Of a stretch of 32,345 bases of DNA, positions 26,464-32,345 are shown in pieces. A model generated the notes under the pieces. It made no database searches and was not told the origin of the DNA. It was given only the letters and a program-made list of their open reading frames with translations. Positions within the stretch are counted from its first letter, which is position 1, and every line of letters starts with the position of its first letter. The position numbers and the translations under genes were made by a program. This stretch comes from a virus (lineage: Duplodnaviria > Caudoviricetes): positions 1 through 32,345 of the IMG/VR virus record IMGVR_UViG_3300037631_001546. One strand, written 5' to 3'.

Positions 26464-27399
26464 ATGAGTTTTGATGTATCAAGTTTAACGAATTACGTTA
26501 ACGAACAATCGACAGACTTAATCTCAAGATTATATTTTGAGAAAACGTCAAGTGACTACTTCACACTTCAATCTGGAGTAAAGAAAACTGATGCTTTGCA
26601 TCTATTAGCAGTTAGTGCATTCCCACAAGATGGTTCTGGTTGTGCAGTAAGTGCTTCTGGTGATGTGACTTTCTCTGACAGAAACCTAACAGTAGGTCAA
26701 ATTACTTACTTTAGTGGATTTTGTATGAAAGACCTTATCCCTAAGTACACTCAAATTTTATTGAGAGCTGGAAACGGAGAGACTGAAGAGATGGCTTTCG
26801 AAGCTGAGGTTGCTGAGTCTGTAATTAAAACAATTATGGAGCATAACGAGGTTGCTGACTGGCAAGGAGATACTACTTCTGCTAACGTTTATATTAACAG
26901 ATACGATGGTCTTAACAAGATTATTGACGCTGCTGGTACTGCCGTAGATGGTAATACTTCTGCTGCTACTGCAATTACTGCTGGTGCATCTGGTAACATT
27001 GACGGATTGATTACTGATATCTGTAATGCACGACCAGCAAAAGTTAAGTCTGCTGCTAATCAAGTATTATTCGTAGGTCAAGATACTTTCGATAAGTATG
27101 TAGATACTTTGAATGCTAAAAACCTATACCACGTAAACGCTACTGATTGGGCTAACTACGAGACTTCAATCGCTGGTAAAAACGTTCAGTTGGTAGGTGT
27201 TGCTGGTCTTGACGGAACTAACAGAATGTTCTTAGGTACTAAAGAAAACTTCTTCTTAGGATTCGACTTACAAGGAGATGACGAAGAGTTTGATATGTGG
27301 TACGACAAGAAAGACGATAAGGTATATTACCGAGTTAAATTTAAGAGAGGTTTACAAGTAGCATACCCAGATGAGATAGTTGAATTTACATTAGCCTAA
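26464..27399 (+). CDS. Major capsid protein
   Basis: 311 aa after the protease/scaffold; FCMKDL, WQGDT, YDGL.K motifs; biased codon usage (TTC, AAC, GCT) suggesting high expression. Confidence 0.85.
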   Translation: MSFDVSSLTNYVNEQSTDLISRLYFEKTSSDYFTLQSGVKKTDALHLLAVSAFPQDGSGCAVSASGDVTFSDRNLTVGQITYFSGFCMKDLIPKYTQILLRAGNGETEEMAFEAEVAESVIKTIMEHNEVADWQGDTTSANVYINRYDGLNKIIDAAGTAVDGNTSAATAITAGASGNIDGLITDICNARPAKVKSAANQVLFVGQDTFDKYVDTLNAKNLYHVNATDWANYETSIAGKNVQLVGVAGLDGTNRMFLGTKENFFLGFDLQGDDEEFDMWYDKKDDKVYYRVKFKRGLQVAYPDEIVEFTLA

Positions 27400-27422
27400 C
27401 CCTTTAAAATAAAATAAAGATT

Positions 27423-27932
27423 ATGGCGTGTAATTTAACAACTGGTTTCTCGGTAGGATGCAATGATTCAATCGGTGGAGTAGCAGAATTCTGGATAGCA
27501 AATATGCCGACAGACTTTGCTGCTACTAACGATGGAAGTGGAGAAGTAACTGCTTTGAGTGGTACTGGACTAACTTATTATAAGTTTGAATGTACTAATG
27601 CTCAAGGAGCTGCATCTTTAATGAATGATAATCCTACTGTGAACGATGCAAATGGAAGTAGCTTTTTTGACCAAACTGCAACTTACGTTCTCAATAAAAT
27701 GGAGAAAGCAAAGCGTAATGAGGTTAAAATGTTAGCAAGAGCTAAGATGAGTATAATTATCAAGGATAATAATGGTACTTACTGGCTAATGGGAGAAACT
27801 AACGGAGTGAGATTAGTTTCTGGCGACAACGGAACTGGAACTGCTTTAGGAGATAGAAATGGTTATAGCCTTTCTTTCCAAGCACAAGAGCCAGAGCCTA
27901 TGCCAATAGTAACTGTAACGTTACCTTTATAA
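27423..27932 (+). CDS. Major tail (tube) protein
   Basis: MACNLTTG...C.DSIGG, DNNG.YWLMG, GTALGDRNGYSLSF.AQE; beta-rich, followed by a terminator. Confidence 0.65.
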   Translation: MACNLTTGFSVGCNDSIGGVAEFWIANMPTDFAATNDGSGEVTALSGTGLTYYKFECTNAQGAASLMNDNPTVNDANGSSFFDQTATYVLNKMEKAKRNEVKMLARAKMSIIIKDNNGTYWLMGETNGVRLVSGDNGTGTALGDRNGYSLSFQAQEPEPMPIVTVTLPL

Positions 27933-27961
27933 GAGAATCTAACTCTAAATAGAAACATCAT

Positions 27962-27993
27962 AGCCCACTTCGTAATAGGGGTGGGCTTTTTTT
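27962..27993 (+). terminator. Intrinsic terminator after the capsid/tail tube genes
   Basis: AGCCCACTTC-gtaata-GGGGTGGGCT stem followed by a T tract. Confidence 0.9.
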
Positions 27994-28004
27994 AAATACC
28001 AAAA

Positions 28005-28367
28005 ATGGACATAATAGAAAAAGAAACAACAAATTACGTTTATTGCAACATTTCTAACGAGGTTGAGAACACTTACTACACTATGTCTATTCAAAGTGCT
28101 GAGTATGAAGTAAACGCTACTTTAGCAGCTCCAGCAGAAGTGAATAATAGGTATGTTAAATTTACGTTAGTTGAGGGAACTCAAGATTTACCTAACGCCA
28201 CAATAGAGCTACCTAATAACGGAGATTATCCGTATAAGATAATAAATGCCACAACAATAGGAGGAACAGAGGGAATTGAGATACACAGAGGCATATTAAG
28301 ATTGAAACAACCACAAGAAGTCGTATATTCGTACACAGACGAACAAAATACTTACATATATGAATAA
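28005..28367 (+). CDS. Hypothetical virion protein
   Basis: 120 aa, beta-rich, overlaps the portal start. Confidence 0.6.
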   Translation: MDIIEKETTNYVYCNISNEVENTYYTMSIQSAEYEVNATLAAPAEVNNRYVKFTLVEGTQDLPNATIELPNNGDYPYKIINATTIGGTEGIEIHRGILRLKQPQEVVYSYTDEQNTYIYE

Positions 28368-30927
28368 GTTTCCAATAGTAACGGAGTTTGCTTCACAAGA
28401 AGTACCTAAGTTTTTAGAGAAAAAGAATAAGAATATAGTCTGGTTTGGTGCAGATAATATGTACCCTTACGAGCTAATAGACCTATACAACGATAGTAGC
28501 ACACACAACGCTATTATTAATGGTAAAGTAGGTTATACTGTTGGCAACGGATTAGAGGGCGAAGATATAGAAACTAAAAAATGGTTAAGCCAAGCTAATA
28601 TAGACCAAGATTGGACATCTTTAATGAAGAGCTTATCGTTAGATTACGAGATATTTAATGGCTATGCGATAGAAGTAATCAAAACTAAGGTAGGAAATCA
28701 ATATCATCACATAGATTTTGCCAATATTAGAGTAGGATTAGACGGAAGTTTACAATACGCAGACGATTGGATTACTGACAAAGGCACAAAAAACTCTAAG
28801 CCAAGTATTCAGTATTTAGAGAGATATAATCCAAGAGATGCAGAACAAAAAAGAGGTGTTATTTATCACGTTGATTATAGACCAAATTTAAAATATTATC
28901 CTTTGCCAGTTTATGTAGGGTCGTTGGCTGAGATTAAAACAGATGTACAGATTGGCGATTACTGGTTAAATGAGGTAGAGAATGGCTTTGTAGGTGGTAC
29001 GTTAATACAACACAATAACGGAGTACCAGAAACCAAAGAAGAGGCAGAAACTTTTGAGAAAGCATTTCAAGAGAAATTCGGTAAAGCTACTGGCACTAAA
29101 ATAGTACACTTATTTAGCCCAGCTAAAGACAATAGTAGCGAGATTACCAGTCTTAATGGTAATGACCTACACGAAAGATATGTAGAAATGTCCAAAAGGG
29201 TTAAAGAATCTATCTTTATTGGGCATAGAGTTACTAACCCTATATTGTTTGGAGTAAAAGAGGAGGGACAATTAGGAGCAAGAAATGAGCTTGATTTAGC
29301 GTATGAGATATTTACTAACACTTATATAGCTGAAAGACAAAATACGCTGCTTAGAACTATAAAGAAATTAGCTTTCTACGAGATACAGAGAACAGATATT
29401 GAAATTATACCTCTAAAACCGATAGACGCTATTGATTTAACTTCTGATATTATCTTAGCTAACCTTGATAAAGAAGAGATTAGAGAGCTTATTACTGAGC
29501 AAACTGGGTTGGAACTAAAGGAAGCTATTGAGGTATCTGATATCCCAGTAGAACCAATACAAACAGATAACCCTAACGAAGTTGTAGTAGAAAGCGTAGA
29601 CGAAGAGAAAGAGCAAAAGGAAGCGTCTTATAATGGCGCTCAAATAGCCTCAGCACTTTCAATCGTAGAGCAAGTAAAATCTGGTATTCTTTCAGTTAGT
29701 CAAGGTAAAGCTGCTTTAATGGAGTTTTTAAGGCTATCAGAGGAGGTATCTCTAAAACTTTTAAAAGGAGATGACGAGTTTTTAACGCAAATATTTGAAA
29801 AAAAAATCCAAGACGGAAAGCCTTTATTTGATACAATAGAGGAGGCAGAGAGTGTAGCTCAGCAAATAGGTTGCGAAGGGTATCACGAACACGATATAGA
29901 TGGAAAGACTTGGTATATGCCTTGCTCATCTCATTCAGAGATTAATGACAAGAATTTAGAGGGGTTTGATGCTATAACAAAATTTGAGACTTATAACGAT
30001 TACCCAAAAGCAGCAAGTAGAAACGCACAGACTGCCCTAAATTGGGCTGAGAAAAACGGATGGGGTTCTTGCTTAGAGGCAACTGGAAAAAAAAGAGCCA
30101 ACCAATTAGCTAAAAGAGATAATATAAGCCGAGATACGATAGCTCGTATGGCAGCCTTTGAACGTCATAGAAAGAACTCAAAGAAAAAGTTAGGCGATGG
30201 ATGTGGTAGATTAGCTTGGTTAGCTTGGGGAGGCGATGAGGGGATTGCTTGGGCTAAGAAAAAGCTAAAGCAGATAGATGCTGGTAAGATGTGTTCTTGC
30301 AGTAGCTTTTCTAAAGACGAAAACATAAGCCACTTATTTAAAAATATAGGAGTATTAGAGAAAGATTACGAGGTAATAGATAGTTTCAATATTAATTTTG
30401 ATACAGATGGTAGTCCTATTGAATTCGCTACTGACGAACAAGAAACAACGCAAGAAGTATTAAACGCTTTAAAGAACAATCCTTTAATGACATCGGTTGA
30501 GTTAGCTGCTTTGCTGGGATTAGAATTTGAGGAGCTTATAGGGGCTATAAATGTGCTTAAAACTGCTGAATTAATTACCATAGAGGGTAGTGCTTTAGGT
30601 TTGACAGATGTAGGAGCAAGAATAGCAGATGCAATAGTATTGCCAGAGAGAGAAGTAAAGTATAGATATGAGCTTAGACCAGATGCACCAGCTTTATCAG
30701 AGGGAGGAAAGTCGAGAGATTTTTGTAAAGATATGATGGGAATGGGGAGATTATGGTCAAAGCAAGAAATACAGACTGTGTTAGATAATGGTATGAAGTC
30801 AAGTGGCATAGCAGATGTTACTAATGTTTGGTTGGCTCGTGGTGGTTGGTATAGACGACCAGATACGACTACCTCAGTACCTTATTGCCGTCATATATGG
30901 AAACAAGTAATAGTTAGAAAAAGATGA
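28360..30927 (+). CDS. Portal protein with long multi-domain C-terminal extension
   Basis: N-terminal ~385 aa: FG.DN.YP..LIDLY..SSTHNAII, YYPLP.Y, HRVTNPILFG; extra Cys/His modules; terminal SRDFC...RGGWY...CRHIW. Confidence 0.8.
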   Translation: MNKFPIVTEFASQEVPKFLEKKNKNIVWFGADNMYPYELIDLYNDSSTHNAIINGKVGYTVGNGLEGEDIETKKWLSQANIDQDWTSLMKSLSLDYEIFNGYAIEVIKTKVGNQYHHIDFANIRVGLDGSLQYADDWITDKGTKNSKPSIQYLERYNPRDAEQKRGVIYHVDYRPNLKYYPLPVYVGSLAEIKTDVQIGDYWLNEVENGFVGGTLIQHNNGVPETKEEAETFEKAFQEKFGKATGTKIVHLFSPAKDNSSEITSLNGNDLHERYVEMSKRVKESIFIGHRVTNPILFGVKEEGQLGARNELDLAYEIFTNTYIAERQNTLLRTIKKLAFYEIQRTDIEIIPLKPIDAIDLTSDIILANLDKEEIRELITEQTGLELKEAIEVSDIPVEPIQTDNPNEVVVESVDEEKEQKEASYNGAQIASALSIVEQVKSGILSVSQGKAALMEFLRLSEEVSLKLLKGDDEFLTQIFEKKIQDGKPLFDTIEEAESVAQQIGCEGYHEHDIDGKTWYMPCSSHSEINDKNLEGFDAITKFETYNDYPKAASRNAQTALNWAEKNGWGSCLEATGKKRANQLAKRDNISRDTIARMAAFERHRKNSKKKLGDGCGRLAWLAWGGDEGIAWAKKKLKQIDAGKMCSCSSFSKDENISHLFKNIGVLEKDYEVIDSFNINFDTDGSPIEFATDEQETTQEVLNALKNNPLMTSVELAALLGLEFEELIGAINVLKTAELITIEGSALGLTDVGARIADAIVLPEREVKYRYELRPDAPALSEGGKSRDFCKDMMGMGRLWSKQEIQTVLDNGMKSSGIADVTNVWLARGGWYRRPDTTTSVPYCRHIWKQVIVRKR

Positions 30928-31427
30928 TTTTAATAGTTAGCCCAGCTTTTGTTAAAGAAAATAGTGTACTGCATTATAATGTAGATGATGGCTACTTAAA
31001 GCCGTTAATTGATAGTATTCAAAATACATTTATTCGACCTATTGTCGGTAGTGCTTTATTTGACGAGATACAAACACAAATAAAAAACAACAATGTTTCA
31101 ACGTTAAACGAAACTCTTATTAAAGAGTATATGCGAGATGCGTTAAAATGGGAGGTATGCCACAAGTATACAAGGATAGGAACATATAAATTAAGAAATA
31201 AAGGAGCTGGAACTAAGTCTGGAGATAACTTTACTCCTCTAAGCGAAGGAGAATTAGTAGTAGCTAAAAGTATATACAAAGATAATGCAGATTTTTATAG
31301 ACGAAAATTGCAATTATATTTGAAGGAGAATGAGGATAGCTACCCATTATATAAAACTCCTCCAAGTGGATTAGATGTAGTACACCCTGAACACGATACT
31401 AAATGGAGAAGTCAATTTATACTATAA
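30924..31427 (+). CDS. Putative head-tail adaptor
   Basis: Helical 167 aa after the portal; NVD...L.P.I...Q...I.P.VG..LF pattern. Confidence 0.5.
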   Translation: MILIVSPAFVKENSVLHYNVDDGYLKPLIDSIQNTFIRPIVGSALFDEIQTQIKNNNVSTLNETLIKEYMRDALKWEVCHKYTRIGTYKLRNKGAGTKSGDNFTPLSEGELVVAKSIYKDNADFYRRKLQLYLKENEDSYPLYKTPPSGLDVVHPEHDTKWRSQFIL

Positions 31428-31451
31428 GAAAGGAAGAGAAATTAAAGAAAT

Positions 31452-31922
31452 ATGTCGAAAAGTTTAACCATAAAGAACATAAGGACAATAATGGAGGGCA
31501 TAAAGTCAGAACATCCACAAATCAACACAATCCTAAAAGGTAATATTTGGGACGTAGATTTAACAAAAGATGTTACTGGAAGCTACCTTATATATGACAT
31601 TGTCAATATTACTCCTAATGGGTTTAACGGAATAGATTACTCTTTAGATATATTTTTATGCGATAATGTGACAGAGATAAACACAGAGTCAAACGAGGTA
31701 AGCGTACAAAACGAATGCTGCTTAATCGCTTTAGATATAATGAGCATATTTGAGAATTATAACAAGGCAACTTATGCCGACAAAGATTTAGCTTTGGTAC
31801 TGAATAAGAACTGGAGCATACAACCATTCACAGAGAGATTTGATAGTCTTTATTCTGGAGCTGCGATTAGTATGTCGCTAAGTTCAGCATATGGCTACGC
31901 AAGATGTAAAATACCAATATAA
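31452..31922 (+). CDS. Putative tail terminator/neck protein
   Basis: Acidic 156 aa; HPQIN and PFTERFD..SG motifs. Confidence 0.5.
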   Translation: MSKSLTIKNIRTIMEGIKSEHPQINTILKGNIWDVDLTKDVTGSYLIYDIVNITPNGFNGIDYSLDIFLCDNVTEINTESNEVSVQNECCLIALDIMSIFENYNKATYADKDLALVLNKNWSIQPFTERFDSLYSGAAISMSLSSAYGYARCKIPI

Positions 31923-31928
31923 AAAAAA

Positions 31929-32201
31929 ATGACAATAACTGAACTACAATTATCAAGAAATGGACAGAAATATGTATCTGGAGATGTTACATTTACTGCT
32001 TCCGACAAAGTAGCTTATCTCGTAGTTAACGAAGATGCTACCTTTAGTAACCTAACCGACTTAAGCGATAACAACGTATTAACTGAAAGTGCCTTAACTG
32101 GTGCAACTCTTTCTGCTGGTATGATTATATCTGCCAAAAATGGTGGTCTTATGAAAAGGGTTAACGTATCGTCTGGAAGTGTTTTAGCTATATTTGGATA
32201 A
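31929..32201 (+). CDS. Small beta-rich virion protein (hypothetical)
   Basis: 90 aa ending VSSGSVLAIFG; TAATG coupling to the next gene. Confidence 0.6.
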   Translation: MTITELQLSRNGQKYVSGDVTFTASDKVAYLVVNEDATFSNLTDLSDNNVLTESALTGATLSAGMIISAKNGGLMKRVNVSSGSVLAIFG

Positions 32202-32345
32202 TGTATAGCTACGGATACCAATACGGAAAAAAAACTAAACGGATATCAGAAGGGCAACTGATATTTGATGGCTTTGTGGTACGCGTAGAAGCCGATGGCG
32301 GAGAAACAGAAAACAGAGAATGTGCTATTAACGATTTAAATGATT
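32201..32345 (+). CDS. 3'-truncated hypothetical virion-associated protein
   Basis: MYSYGYQYG...FVVRVEADGGETENRECAINDLND, open to the window end. Confidence 0.65.
   Translation, partial: MYSYGYQYGKKTKRISEGQLIFDGFVVRVEADGGETENRECAINDLND

Noticed and set aside
1-32345. Diversity-generating retroelement, CRISPR array, integrase or alternative genetic code
   Set aside because: No reverse transcriptase, repeat-spacer array or recombinase motifs were seen; standard-code ORFs tile the window densely and use all three stop codons.

Overview
AT-rich tailed-phage DNA, probably most of a circularly permuted genome of a Bacteroidota (likely Flavobacteriaceae) siphovirus-like phage. Host inference rests on TAnnTTTG promoters, A-rich starts without Shine-Dalgarno sequences and a Gln+1 signal peptide. 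Layout: (i) 1-3329 (+) tail-fibre-like protein, holin, M15 peptidase endolysin, nuclease-like ORF; (ii) 3326-8108 (-) early/recombination arm with an Ocr-like acidic protein, HTH, ERF annealase, YqaJ exonuclease, a DnaA domain IV protein, a secreted lysozyme-fold enzyme, two membrane proteins and RusA; (iii) 8176-15419 (+) initiator with internal iterons, SF4 helicase, HNH, then a DNA-modification cluster (PAPS-reductase-like, Nmad1/DUF1599-like, a sigma-factor::glycosyltransferase fusion, ParB-N, TET-associated glycosyltransferase, TET/JBP dioxygenase); (iv) 15416-end (+) terminases, a -1 frameshifted tail chaperone, tail genes, protease/scaffold, capsid, tail tube and a multi-domain portal. 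I saw no integrase, tRNA, CRISPR array, reverse transcriptase or DNA methyltransferase. Most notable: the sigma-GT fusion, a methylase-free TET/JBP+GT module abutting terminase, three promoter classes, a structured early leader RNA, and apparent avoidance of CATG and CCTG/CAGG. All family calls are from motif recognition by eye, not database searches.
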